Origin: Antedon mediterranea | Taxonomy: Eukaryota > Animalia > Echinodermata | Reading direction: 5' to 3' | Assembly (NCBI RefSeq): GCF_964355755.1 | Contig: NC_092679.1 | Coordinates: 7,656,201-7,720,200, forward strand | DNA: 64,000 nt | Shown: piece by piece, positions 13,976 through 28,087 of the stretch | Layout of the letters: each line of letters starts with the position of its first letter | Numbering within the stretch: the first letter of the stretch is position 1 | Made by a program: the position numbers and the translations under genes | Notes under the pieces: generated by a model | The model's input: only the letters and a program-made list of their open reading frames with translations | The model's database searches: none | Told to the model about the DNA's origin: nothing

Positions 13976-16900
13976 TTTGAACTCTTCAGCAGGAAATGGT
14001 TGTGTAGAAACTGTCAACTCAAATTATGAAACTTGGATACACTTCCATATTTACTTACAACATGTACATTGTTGACATGACTATGTGTTAGTTCAGCTTC
14101 TTGCTCACATATTTTGTCTCGGAAATATATATATATATATAAACATATATCAATATTTAAGCTTTAAGTTTTCATGAGGAAAGAAAGCAGTTTTCCGATT
14201 TTTTTTTTATTGTGAATATTAATATTCAATAGTATATAATGTTAAGCATGTGTGGAAATTGTATTATGTATAGAATAAGATAGATTTACTTATTGTTAGG
14301 TAATTGTAAGTCATTTACTTAAAATGTTCTTGTTTGATTCAATGACTTGCGTATTACCTTGACCATGTATAAATGTAAATATGTAGATAATGTGCGTTCC
14401 ATTTTTGCGCTGGTGTTTTGGTTAAATTTGAAGGAAATTTTTTTTATTGACAACAAGCGATTTCTAAGAATCATCTTTGCAAATACAGTCTCAATCAATT
14501 TAATTCGACAAGAAACCTAGATAAATTATCTCTAGGCCTATACCATTTTTTTAAAGTACTGTAGTAGGATTCTTGAGATTGTTTGTGACATTTGAACTTG
14601 TTAAATGTACAAATTATGACCAGTCAAACAAATTTAAGAAAACAGATTTTCTTTGATGATGTTTTCTTTTTGCAAGTGCAATCATGTTCTGTAGCAAATA
14701 AAGAGATTATTGTTTTTTTGAACGAACCTAAAAACTAATTACATCAAAAACAGTACAATATTGGGGAATGCAATGATTAAGATATAATACATATATATTT
14801 AAGAAAGTTTTAGTTGGGGGAGAATTAAAAATGATAAAGTTGTAGCAGAGTTGGAAAGATTACGCACATAAACCATCTCATTTGTAAATGTTTATTTCAA
14901 TTATTACGTAATTTATTCCCTAAAATTAATTGTGTACTACTTGGCTAATAATAATGCCTTGTGTTATACACAATGTTAATTGTGCCCACTTGCTCTCAGT
15001 TTCCTTGATAATAACAAAAGAAATATGTACATGGCTTTTTTTATGGAGTAACATTTTAATTCCCCAATAATCGGGCCAATAAAACACATTCTTGAACAAA
15101 ATCATTTTTAATTATTGTCTGGACCATTTATATAAATAATTTATTGGGCATTAATTATTTAAAAAACAAATTCCCTCATTTGAATAAAGTGTGCTGCAAA
15201 TATCTTGTCAGGACTGTTAAATTATTAAACTTGTGTATGTTAAATAGCAAACAAAGTAAGAATCTTCTATGTTATGAGTATTCTGTAAAAGTGGTCGTCT
15301 CAAGTTTGCTGTTAAAGTTGCATTCTTGTGAGTTGTTTCAAAGTTTCAATTGGGTTGCGTGTTCCATGGTAGCATGCATTGTATTTTCCATGCATGCATT
15401 ATTATTTTGGTTGTTGTACTCATCCATTGTGCAACCATGGAGTTGTCATCAGGGATTATAGTTTAATAACTACCCTGGTGCAACCATCAATGAGGAGTGC
15501 ACATACAGTGTGTTTATCTACATGGTACATTGTAGCTTTGTGCAGATTGTTGGTGCGGGTGTATTTGGTCATTTCATTTTCAGCGTAAAACAGTGTTTGA
15601 TGAAACACATAACTTAGCTGTTCAATGGGGACATTGAATGCTGGCAGGTTTTGTTGCTGAAAATGTCCTCTTTTTTGCATATAAACATTTTGATTATACA
15701 TTTGTTTAATCAAATTGTTGTTGCAATTCGAGAGATTATTGATAATTATTTTTTGTGGGGTTTAGAGGTCCTATAGATATGGCACTGTTTACGAAAATGT
15801 AAAATGTCACATTAATGTTAACAACTCATAAGAATGCTTCTAAGAGTAGTATACAAATTGTGTTCAAATCTTGTTAAAATTGTTATTTAAGGAATATAAT
15901 GAGTAAATTTGCAAGAGTGCTAAATAATGCTGCTATGGGCACACTATTTTTAAAATGCTGGCATTTTAGTCCCAATTTGTAACACGATTTTATTTTTCAA
16001 AAAAAAAACAACTCATTCCACAGGCAATAAATTGTAACGTTCTGTGAATGTGTTGGCAAAAATCCTATTAAAATCATAACAAAAACAAGAAAAAAAAATT
16101 GTCTATATTTAAAACTAGTGCAATTAAAACGTATGCATAACAAGGTCCTATTTATTTAAAAGAAGTGTACTGTATGCTAACATAAAACAATCAGAAATGC
16201 TTTTTAACTTAAGAACTATTCTTAATTCATGTAGCCACGTACTTATAAGGCATTGTTCTCGTTTTCTTCTGATTTTGTAACAGCTACAAAAATCTTTTCT
16301 TAGGAACTTGTAAAATAAAATTAGAATTTAACCTAATCTATAAAATTTTCTTAAATTGTGTATTATTTGTTGAAATTGATTATCAGTAGTTTGACATCAT
16401 TCTTGTGGGCGTACGGACTAAACACGCACACTACGCGCATCGCTCTTAATATTATAAATAATCTTGCGTCATATCTATCTATACATCAATCTATCATACA
16501 TCTATTTCATCTGTACATCAAACTCTTCTTGAATAATTTTACCTTCTTTTATGAGAACGACAAGAATTTTACCGAAATAAATCCTTTTAAACCATCATCG
16601 TAAATATTGACATTCTATGCCTTTAAAGCAGTTTTTAAACTTGTTTGCTGGGGGAATATTGAACCGGCCGACATTTTACTCAACTATCTTTGTATTGTCA
16701 CCCAAAACCGACATCATCTTTTATTTAATTACTTTTTCTGTATATATTAGTAGTTACTCGTGCATTCAACTAGGATTAACATTTTGCAATTTATCTCCTT
16801 GAGCACACGTTGCGTTTTAACTTGTTATCTGCTGCGTCTCAATTATTTTACTGTCATTTTTACTTGGTGTGAACGCAACTTATGTAAACTGAGATAAACA

Positions 16901-16991
16901 TTCAGTATCAAGTCTTGAATTCCCCAATGAAGATAAAGTCTAAAAGTTGTAGAAACATGACGTGCTATCTGAGGGGAAAATATTGAGCTAC

Positions 16992-19900
16992 CTAATAAGA
17001 CGATACTTCAATGGCCAAAAACAGGCAGTACATTTTTGTGAAACACTATGAATTAGGTAAGTAATACTCGGTCACGTGTTGACGGGAGTACAAAACTGTA
17101 ATATTCATACATTTATTCTTTCTTTTATTCTTTCTTTATTAAAAACAAACCAATTGGCAGCAAATCTGCTGAATTGCATGGTAAGGGACAATATACATCA
17201 AAAGACAAGTAAAGTAATAGTCATTATTAAACAAAATTATCGCAATTACAAAATATATGTACATTGTTTAAACTATGCACGCGTCAACTAAGGAAGCGCG
17301 TGTAACTAAGTGCCCTGCTGTAAGATTGGTTTCTACTCATCAAAGTTACCGTGAAACCAACTTTGCTGTCTGAACGGGCCCTTTCATACATCGTAATCCT
17401 GGTACAGTTTCTGTGTAAGGCTTTGTTCCCACTATCGACGCAATATAACGCAACCTACGGAACGTAAGAACATGCTCTTCCAATAATTGTGTTTTCCCCC
17501 GCCTGCGTGACATAAAAAGCGATGTTTGCAGCACTGTTGCGTCGTCGGTTCCCACTTGTGATTACACAATAAAGCACGTTGCGTCGATACGTCGCTGCGT
17601 TGCGTTGCGTTCTAGTGGGAACCACGCTTACAAGTTATTCAATACAATGGAAGGTATTTTACTGAAAGGAAAGTGAGGTCTTTCAAGTTAAGTATTGATG
17701 AGGTGTAAGTTCAGTGACTTAATGACAAACATTGGCCATGAATGTACGATTAATGTTTTAATAAAAACATCCACTGTGACACGAACACCAATACTAAAAT
17801 ACATTAGCGTTTCCTATCAACCATACCCCATTTAGGTTATACTGTAATTTACTCTTAGGCTACATCATTCAATGTAAAGCGTGGTTCCCACTAGCGACGC
17901 AACGCAAGGACGTAACGCAACGCAAGTGAATTGACCAATCACAAGCGATGGCTTATTTGCTTTTGATTGCTAACTGTCTATAACTTCGCTTGTCATTGGT
18001 TAAAACGCTTGCGTTGCGTTTACGTCCTTGCGTTACGTTCTAGTGGGAACCAAGCTTAAGTGTTTATATTTAGTAGTACTCCTACAGGTCCTATATTACT
18101 GTTTTTAAGATGGAAAACGTGGAAATAGACTGCAAGATGTTATTTTTTTAGAAACATATACACACAAATTTAAGGAAGAAAAATATCTGAATCGAATGCA
18201 AAATCCGTTTTCAGAATCGTACCCTGTTATTATTATCGGACACCGTTGCATAGCGACTATGCTCCATTAATGGCATAACATGGCCTTAGGAATCATGTGT
18301 TGAACATGCATTCATCACGGATCATTATTTATAGGTATGATACCCCTTGGTATCAAGGTAATTTGTGTTTATATCGGAAATGCGAAGTAGAGATGCCATG
18401 ACCCAATGATGACCCTTCACAAGTAGGTCACTTATATTAACTATAAGTAAATTATTATCACCATTAGTATGCGTTGACGTGAGTTAATTTCCTAATGATT
18501 ATTAAAAAACACAAAAAAATCAAGCGCGCGTACACAATTTGTAAGCAGCGTTTGAACGCCGCGTGCATTAAACGTTGGTTCTCAACAAAACGTAATAGCC
18601 TACTTCTGATACCTGTTTGAGTACTGTAAATCCAGTACCCTTTTCCCAGCATGCACTTGATTATAATATTGATTTATTGACAAGTGATCGATAGATCTGT
18701 CGGCGTCTGCTGGCCGGTAGACGAGTTTGACTATATAGTTCTCTGCGCGGCACAGATATTGCGTGGATATTGATTCAAATTGATTCTTGATGTCATCGGT
18801 GGATACTGCGTTTGTGTTGTATTTGTAAATGCTGTCTGCGCTCAACACTAATAAAGAAAACCATGAATAGAAATAATACATCCTTAATATATATTTCCTC
18901 GTCAACTGGGGTAGTTAACTAGACAGTGAGTAATTTTAAAACCAGGTCAGGAATTCAACCAAGACATATACACGTCAACTAAATTTATAATCGATAAAAA
19001 TATGCTTTGTTTATTTAGATAATTATCTCGATTGAAACATGAAGTTTGATGACAATTTAGTGTCCTGACATTGTAAAATATTTAGGTTGACGAATTATTT
19101 GCAGCTGTATTCATTCAACTACAGATATCATTAAAACACTGTAATATTCGATCAGGACGTAAACACATCAAATATACGGATGCAGCTTATCTCATATTAG
19201 AAGAACAAAAGGTTTAAAGTGAGCGCGCATACTTTGATATTTTACCGCAGTTTTTTTTAATAATCACCTGGTTTCCCATTTTACTGCCAAATTACTTGTT
19301 AATAGTTTTTGGACATTGTTGTTTGAAACAATAAAATGAATCATATGCCTACCTGTACATTTGCATTGTTCGAGCCGCAACTACGTCATCAACGTGTTGT
19401 ACGCGTATGGTCAGTGCTATTTTGATTCGCATTCGCTTGTCCAACCAAGATTACCCGCGCCCGTGCATCTGTGTACAAAACATGGATGATGCAATATCAA
19501 TTAATACTAATTAGAGGCCTAAATACGTAGTATACTGTAGTGAAATCTGATATGGTATTGTTCACAAACATGAGAAACATAATTTCACGCGCGTTCAAAC
19601 GTTGATAATAAATAATTTATTTTTGTACGCGTGCGTCGAATTAACGCTGTTTGTGTTGTTTCTCATTGACAAAATAGAACACACCAATTTTTGTTTTATG
19701 GGATTATATATTTTGCTAGTTTATCGGTAAAGTAGGTCGAATGATCTGATTGCGTTTGAAGCTACCCGTCAACACCCTATTACTAGTATAATTATTCAGG
19801 CATCTCGTTAAAGTTGTGCTCACGAGGATTGCCATTCCAAACGATAATTGTTTATATAATTCTATTAATTATTGTTTTCAGTTAATCGCTCTGCACTGAC

Positions 19901-20454
19901 TAATTCTGATTGTTTTAGTACAGTCATTTTAATCCGAAGAGTATTAGCAATAGGCATTTTTGATCTTATTTATTACCAAACCATGCTTTTTGTTGCTGGC
20001 TATAATATTAAATTGAAGTGAAATTATAATGATAATGATGGGATATCGATATCCGGGGTCTAAGACCCAGGGAAGTATTTCCGATGATCCGCAGATTGAA
20101 AATTAGAATTTGTTTTTCTTGAGATGGACTGCAAATACCTATATTTATTTCAGAGTTGGTGTTTAATTGTTGCTGCGTCATTCCAACGTTATAGGCCAGT
20201 GCCTTTTTGGTACTAATTTGAATACAAACATATTATTGTAAACATATTGTAATATTAAAGTATGGGTCTTTAATACATACAGTAATAATAACTGATTTAA
20301 TACGCAGTTTACCTATTGTTTTGTTATTGTTCACCTTTGCATCGCAGACAGTTTTTATTGTGACAATGGTAGTTGTGATTCCTCCCAAGGTTATTAACCA
20401 AAACAATAGATACACCATCGAAAAGCGACAACCAGACGCGAACATACTGGCCAT
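16992..20454 (-). CDS. Candidate orphan secreted or membrane-anchored protein of about 160 aa (exons 20454-20313, 18847-18613, 17410-17350, 17045-16992; alternative last exon 16888-16843)
   Basis: Hydrophobic N-terminus (MASMFASGCRFSMVYLLFWLITLGGITTTIV). Phase-1 donor AG|GTAAAC matches acceptor TTTTCTTTATTAG| and a 235-bp stop-free exon; downstream GT-AG exons are phase-compatible. No homology recognised. Confidence 0.5.
17112..17200 (-). mobile_element. 3' tail fragment of an L2-type LINE or SINE
   Basis: Minus strand reads CCATGCAATTCAGCAGATTTGCTGCCAATTGG (stem-loop), then AATAAAG(AAAG) repeats, resembling L2 3' ends. Confidence 0.4.
17419..17628. mobile_element. MITE, 210-bp subfamily of the GGTTCCCACTAG family
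   Basis: Ends GGCTTTGTTCCCACTATCGACGCAA and TTCTAGTGGGAACCACGCT; internal sequence shared with copies at 25871, 34271 and 35059. Confidence 0.85.
17878..18056. mobile_element. Tourist/Harbinger-like MITE, intact 179-bp copy
   Basis: TIR AGCGTGGTTCCCACTAG / CTAGTGGGAACCAAGCT with TAA on both flanks; near-identical inverted copy at about 38213-38391. Confidence 0.92.
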
Positions 20455-23400
20455 GACATCGTGTATTGAACACGTAGAAAATATATGTATGCGCAAGGCT
20501 CAAATCTCACAATAATGTCGTAACCACGTATTTACGAGAGGAAATAAAACTACTGCACACGACAGATTGCATCCTCCCCAATCATCACCGCATCGGGTTG
20601 ATACAACTAAACCTTTACATTTGTCGATGTTCGCGTCAAGTGCTCTGGTATCGTTCAACTCAAAATTTACGTTGATAGTGTGCGTGTGACTATACTGATA
20701 TTTATGATTTACTATCGACTGTCTGTACAAGGACAGTTCACCCTGAACGTGCTAGCAAAAACCTAAATACTATAATAGATTAGATTATAATTACTTGATA
20801 AGTGGTTCATCTTATAGCAGTCATTTTGTTCTCTTCATTTTACGATTTATGACATTATTTACGTGTCATTAAGGGGCGTTTTCCCGTGTCTGAGATTAAA
20901 CACATAATCAAGATTATAAGATAATAGCCTTAGTCCTATCCTATCGTAAATTTAAAGGGCGTAACTATATAACAATGGGGGAGATGCTTCGTTTCCTCGG
21001 GGAATCATTGAATCAAAATAACATTCATTTTCATCATAAAAAAACTATAATTTCTTACAATATACAACAAACGTTAATTTCGTCACCACTTATCACAACC
21101 TCCTCCACTGCCACACGTCGTACTAGGTGACATTGTTAACGCGCGCGCGCGTTTAAACGACGTGCATTGGTTCCACGCAATACAAGGTTAAGGACGGTAG
21201 TAGTAAATACAGTACAATGTTGGTTGAAGGACTTACAAGGTACTTGCATTTTATTAAAAGGACTATTATCGTAATGTTAAACAACCCATTGGCACGCTCC
21301 TTGTGCGTGAAGGGTTAGTACGACGACCCAACGAGAAACGCAACAAGGACGCGTCGGTAAACATCAACGACGTTCGGTAGCAGAATTAATTCTATTCTTT
21401 GTAAAGTAATAATAAGGTCGAGGACAATAGGTTTTTTGGAAAATTGCCAACAAATTTAAAGTGAATTTTGTTGTCAAGAGGGCACGTTTCATATTTACAT
21501 AAAAATATATTATCAAATCCCTGTTTGAAATTATCATAGCTTTAATTGTGATTTAAGAAACCAATTATCTTTTTATTGTACACGAAGAAAAATACGCTCA
21601 TTTAAGAATAACCCGTGGGTAATAAATAATACAATCCAAGCGAAGTTAAAGTGCATTACACCTTTCATTTTAGCTAAAAGAAAAATACCTTTATATTTGG
21701 ATCACGTATTAATCTAAGGCTAAGTTTCACCTTATGTTTTTTTTACTATTATAGAAACAACACTACGTCGATATCACCATGCACACGCGCGTGCACATTT
21801 TTTTGTACGCCGCCGGTCCAATTTCAGCCCACACAATCGGAGTCACAATAGAGTCACCGTAGGTTTTGATCGCTCAATTTTATGCCAATTCAATCCACCT
21901 TTGTGTTACGCGCTAAGCGACCGTAACAATAGTTATTTGTGAATTGTTTTCTTTTTCTTATATAAAAATTATTATTATTTATTAATCATTGTCGTAACGT
22001 TAGTAAACAACAGCAACATAAAAGAAAAAATGAATGAGACTGATACCCGGTACTCAGAAATAAGTTTTTATCAATAAATTTTAATTACAATCTTATTTTG
22101 CAATTAAAATGATATGTTATTAATTTAATTTTATAAAACCACTAACTTTGTAAAAACATAAGTTAAAAAAACCAGAAAGTGTTCTGTAGCAGGTTGGGAT
22201 CCCGAATTGTTAATTATTCCGTAGTTATGGGAGTATGGATAAATTTAGAAATCATGTGCGTGATGTGTGTGATTGTTGATATCTAATAATATACATTTTA
22301 AATAGAATACACAGTAATACAGAGGGGGTACTATATAATTAACTATAGGGAAGAAAAAAGTATAGAATATATGGATTTATAATAATGTCGAATGATTATA
22401 AACATTATCTTACTCTTACGAACGTGTCGTATCCAGGCTTTTGAATTATATTAGGGGTGGTGATTGGAAGGCGTGATGGCAGTAGTGTGAAATGAACAGA
22501 TTAACTTAGCCTAATGTCCTATGTTTTGTATTGTCATTTTAAAAGTGTAAGGTAAAGTGGCGGAGGGGTTCGGCTGATCCCCCTCTATCGGTATGATCAT
22601 TGTTATGTTTATTTTATTATTTTTTTTTATTTATTCAATTTCTGCCATATACAATACTGTACAAAGAAAAAGACAAAACGAATATAAAAGGCAAAGAAAG
22701 ACCAAACAGGTGCTAAACACATGCTAGTTGGTAAACAGAACAGTACATCTACAAGTAAAGAAAGCGAACAACTACAAACATTTTCAACATCAAAATTATT
22801 TTAAAAAGAATATTATTGAGATAAGAATAATAATGTTATATGTTTAGATGTTTTTCTGTCGCCGATTGGTAAACTGATTTGAAACCATTAGTGTTCCAAA
22901 CAAAGTACTATTGACTTACAAAATTAGAAAAGACCTGACGCCAAGAAGCAAACAAATTAATTTCGCGTGGGTATGTCGGTTTGAATACCGATGCTCGGGT
23001 GGTAACATCTTAAAATAACATGACTTTTTGTCATTTTTTCCGCATGTTTAGCAGCCATCTCGACTTGAAAGTGCGCCACACGAGATCTATTTTTCTTTTG
23101 TCTATTTAACCGGAATAAACATCGCTTAAAATAAACAAAATCTTCTCAGCTATGAATATTGTACGCGTGTGCGTTATAAAAGTAAATAGAGTTAAGTGCG
23201 CCCAAGATTACGTAACGGATGAATAGTCATTTTAAATAAAGAAAATCAGAATGCGGCTCATTTAAGCGTAAAATTATGCCGTAACCAAATAAGTTTGTAA
23301 ATTTGCGAAAACTAACAATTACATTTTCCAGTGTCGATACAACAATAGAGTTATTATAATAAAATATTGAAAATAAATCCATTGTAGTTTAGCTACTTAT

Positions 23401-23632
23401 TGTTTAGTTATGACTTGTCAAGTTGTCAATGTGTGTTTTAGCGCCTTTTTTATTAATAATAATTTAATAATTCAGCCACAACCGTTACGAAGTTTATTTA
23501 AAACAAATCCTTCACTTTTCTTTCTAAATGGTCGGAAAGGAAAAAACAACTCGTTTCATACAAGTATGAGACCTAATGATATGCGAATTAGGTGTTAGGC
23601 CTACTGTATTAATGTAGTGTACTGAATTAGAC

Positions 23633-23996
23633 AAAATTAATACATTACAAAAGGCAAAATTAATACATTACAAAAGGCAAAATTAATACATTACAAAAGG
23701 CAAAATTAATACATTACAATAGGCAAAATTAATACATTACAAAAGGCAAAATTAATACATTACAAAAGGCAAAATTAATACATTACAAAAGGCAAAATTA
23801 ATACATTACAAAAGGCAAAATTAATACATTACAATAGGCAAAATTAATACATTACAATAGGCAAAATTAATACATTACAAAAGGCAAAATTAATACATTA
23901 CAATAGGCAAAATTAATACATTACAAAAGGCAAAATTATTACATTACAAAAGGCAACATTAATACATTACAAAAGGCAAAATTAAAACATTACAAT
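23633..23996. repeat. 23-bp minisatellite (CAAAATTAATACATTACAA[A/T]AGG), about 16 units
   Basis: Tandem units read directly. Confidence 0.96.
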
Positions 23997-25870
23997 TAAG
24001 AAATAAGACATGTGATGCCGGCATCCAGTAGGTTGATGCGATCTGTTATATTAGAGCATAAACTAATATAGGTTAACAGGTTACAGAAGACTGTTGTGAT
24101 GAGCAAAATACCATTACTTAAAGTTATATCTGTTCAATTAGGAGATAATATTAACAATGGCGAGTAAGTAGGCCCTGTTAATAAACAATAACGGTCTGTC
24201 TAGCAATCAATAGTCCCAATTATTTTATGGGTTTTATTGCTGAACTAGACCTAGTTGTAATAGTTTGTAAAGACATTTGTGTTTGTTTGGTAAATGTAGT
24301 TCGGTTCAACTTAAACCACACCTAAGTACGTCATCCAAAGAAACGCAATTTTGGCGCGCGAATTGTGTGTCTTGACGTGACGTGACCGTGGTTTATTTAG
24401 CGTGGTCAAAAAGGTATACATCTAGTACGGATGGTTACGATAACTGCAACCAGCAAAACGTCTTATATTTAGACAATTTCGGTAACGGTTATTTAATAAA
24501 AATCTGCACGTGCGCTAATACATCGAGAGGCTTCAAAAGCCTATATTTCATAGGTCCTAACTAGATTTCAATGTCAATTCAAATGACTTTTCGGTGACCT
24601 ATTAACATATTAAATGTTGAATACGTATGATATCGTATCAATAACTGCCTACTCATTTCTACCAATACGCAATATTTATTATTGGAAATGTTCCAAATCA
24701 TAAAACGTGCATTATTATTGTTTGGCTCACGTTCAAGGGTATCATAGTAATGACGTCATATTGTCTGATATAATAAATATATATACGTATAAAAGTATCG
24801 AGTACTGTATATGTTTTATGAGCGCAGTGCATTATTATCATTGTTATGCTGAACAAAATATAATATTATTACGTCTTGTTCATTCCAGGGTTGAATTTAA
24901 TAAACGTATTTTTTGGGGGAAAAATCATCAAAAACAATAAGAAGTCTGAGAACAGAATATAATATAACGTATAGTAACGATAAGAGAATGAGTTGTAACT
25001 GAATGTTGGCTAGGAAACGTGCTCACCTCTAGGCCTATGTTGTTTGAATTCAGTAGGCCTATCAGTGCCAAGAGTACAGGTGCAACAATGTATCCACGTT
25101 TACTTGGCACTAAACATTCTCAAATAGCATTAACCCCACAAAACGTTGGCAACAACTCAATATAATCATTACTTGATAATCGTTTAAGAAATTGTGGTTA
25201 ACGTGGTCAAACTTGTATAAAATATCAACTATTTGTGATGATGGTGTTGGTTTTGGCTCGTGTGTGGAGTAGTTTATCTTCCCTTCTTGACCCGTATGAT
25301 TATCCTCATCAACACACCTACGAATTCACAAATCATTTTATGGAACTACAAGTAATAATGTACCACCTGTGATTTCTGAGAAGATTAAATGGTTATTGTT
25401 TTACTTGTTATTGTGTTTTGTTTATCCTTTTATATAGTACTCTTGAAAGTAATTAATAGTGTCCCAATAGTAATGGATTACAATTGTCTTGTGACGTCAC
25501 GCGCGTTAGCATTTTGTCTTAACTTAAGTTGTGTCACGCGCGTTAGCATTTGCCGCCATCATCTAATTTTAACTTACAGTTTAATAAAAACCGTATGTAA
25601 TTAAATGGCAAAACGTCATTGTAACTATTACATTGTCATGTTTATGCTGAACCATAATTCAATATTGTTTATTTACAGGCGAGCAAATTTAAAAGCAGGA
25701 TCAACGGTTTAACTTGTCATCCGAAGGACGGTGGAATTAGAAGCATGTAAATAATGGCATTGTTATGTGTTTCATGCCTTATGTCCGTCTTCTTTGTGTA
25801 TAACGCAACGTAAACCGACGCACACAACGTAAGAAAATACTCTTTTATCAATTTCACATGCTCCCTCTAA

Positions 25871-26207
25871 AGCGTGGTTCCCACTAGAACGCAACGCAAC
25901 GACGTATTGACGCAAGGTGTTGTATTGCGTAATCACAAGTGGGAACCGACGACGCAACATTGCTGCAAAGTTGCAGGTTTGATTTCACGCAGGCGGGAAC
26001 AAACACAATTATCGGAAGGGCATTTTCTTACGTTGCGTACGCAACGTAAGAAAATGCCCTTCTAATCATTGTGTTTGCCCCCGCCTGCGTGAAATTAAAC
26101 CTGCGATTTTTGCAGCACTGTTGCGTCGTCGGTTCCCACTTGTGATTACGCAATACAACACCTTGCGTCAATACGTCGTTGCGTTGCGTTCTAGTGGGAA
26201 CCACGCT
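25871..26207. mobile_element. Palindromic 337-bp MITE made of two head-to-head arms
   Basis: AGCGTGGTTCCCACTAGAACGCAACG... is mirrored by ...CGTTGCGTTCTAGTGGGAACCACGCT; arms pair almost to the centre near 26040; flanked by TAA and TTA. Confidence 0.88.
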
Positions 26208-28087
26208 TTACAACAAGTTGAATTGCCGGATTCCATCTGTGACTCGCATGGGCATGTTCTCACAGCACTTTTCGTCATTATACATTGCGTCAGCTGTGTC
26301 CTTGCGTTGCGTCATTCTAGTGGGAACCAAGCTTTACCCAGGTAACTTCAGGTAACTTCGCGCACAGGCTCCTAACACGAGGCTCCTCATATGCCACACG
26401 GCTCCTCATATGCCACACATGACACTGTATTACAGACTTGCCTATGTGATCTGGACAGAAATAATCTCATATGTGAAGATCCATAGTAGTATAGGGCATA
26501 CAGTAATATCGGCTGATTTTATTCGCTGTTTGTCTTCTATTACGGCGCGCGCTCATAAAACCCCTAACAACCTGATAGTAGTTTATGTTTCTATGCTGTA
26601 GTTTATGTTTGCATGAATGTCACGCAACCGAGTGAAGTAAAATTCGTATCAATGTTTAACATATTTAGTGAAACCGAACTATTCAATCTTATTAAAAAGA
26701 TATTTTATTAATAAAAAATTGCATCGGTGTAGAATTTGTTCGACCTAATTTCGATGAACCCAAATGTATCTTTTTATTATTAAATCAAAATTGATTGAAA
26801 CCTAGTTGTGTTATGTGCGACGCAATAAGTACGTCTCGTATAAATCCATCAACAATTTTATTTCTTTTTTCTTCTGATTTTTGATATTGCATAACATGAA
26901 AGGAAGATATATATATTCTAAAATAACTTCAATATTAATATTCACCACAAAATAAAAAAAACGTAATTGATTATTGATTTTCGACTCGGCAGACTTCAAA
27001 TAAATTGGGCCTAACCACACCTGCGGAAGGGTTGAATACGTATCGTTATTGTCATCAAGTATTGAATGTTGGATTAAAACAACGCGTGTTCTACTCGTAA
27101 AAGCAGGATTTTGCGATTTTGATGATTTATGCTTCCGAGTGATTTCAATCGTCTGAAAAGGAGGATCAGGATTATAACTGTGTACAACACACATGCGCAA
27201 TGTTAACCTAGATGTGGTGACATCACATATCTCGATTTGAAACGGAAACTAATGTGACGATGAGAGACGTTTTTATGCGCGCGCGTCTCCCTCTTCAAAT
27301 TGCGTAATTGTACTGGCCAACCCCGAGAACCGATACCGTATTCTAGGGGCGTTCAAGAAAAGATAGACTATAAATTTACAATAATATATTCGTTATCAAA
27401 ATGTTAGGAGAAATCTTTCATCATATTATAACGTTCATTTGTACTTTGTTGACCGATGATCTGAACACTCGTCTACCTCATTAACATTGAATAACATTGT
27501 GCACGGCGTTGGTCGAGTGTAATGCAGTAAAGTTAACACAAATCATTCGATACCACATCGTCGTTCTTACGTTCGTGCGAGCTTTAAAGTACCTGGATCT
27601 GTCGGATACAATTTCACCCATTGTTGAAACTTTCAGATTTATTGCATCCTCATGGCTTATGACCCCAAACGACAAAACAACACGTTTTGCCACGTTTCTC
27701 GCGCTCACCTGGGCAGCCTAACAGAATACAGTCGAGCTTGGATGGACGAGGACGCCACGCGAGCTGCTGTCAGTGGTAAACTTTATATCCACCTTTGACA
27801 TCTTGCCAATCATCTGTAAAGTTGGCAAGGCACATGACATTTGTAAACAAGAACATTGATAAGTAGTAGTTCTCTGCTACAATTGAATAGTTGTTTTGCA
27901 TTTGTAAAATAATATTATGAATCATTGTGTTATGGAAGTAAATGTCAGTCATGATAACAATTGTCAGTGTTCTGCTACAAATACTTGAACCAACGTCCAG
28001 TCAGGCACGCGCCAGTCGCACGTCACGCGCACTTATATCTGAATAATACTGGTACTGAGCGTCCTCTTTAAGCTTAGTTTTCACTTT

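Noticed and set aside
9403-16350. Hydrophobic 60-118-aa ORFs in the BAD-like intron and presumed 3' UTR
   Set aside because: AT-rich background ORFs, many with non-ATG starts, lacking motifs or coherent splice structure.
23633-23996. Possible CRISPR array (also considered for 1-888)
   Set aside because: Units are contiguous with no unique spacers, no cas genes are present and the context is eukaryotic.
27481-27813. Minus-strand frame with one in-frame TAG (possible readthrough or pseudogene)
   Set aside because: No recognisable homology or recoding signal; one stop in about 110 codons can arise by chance.
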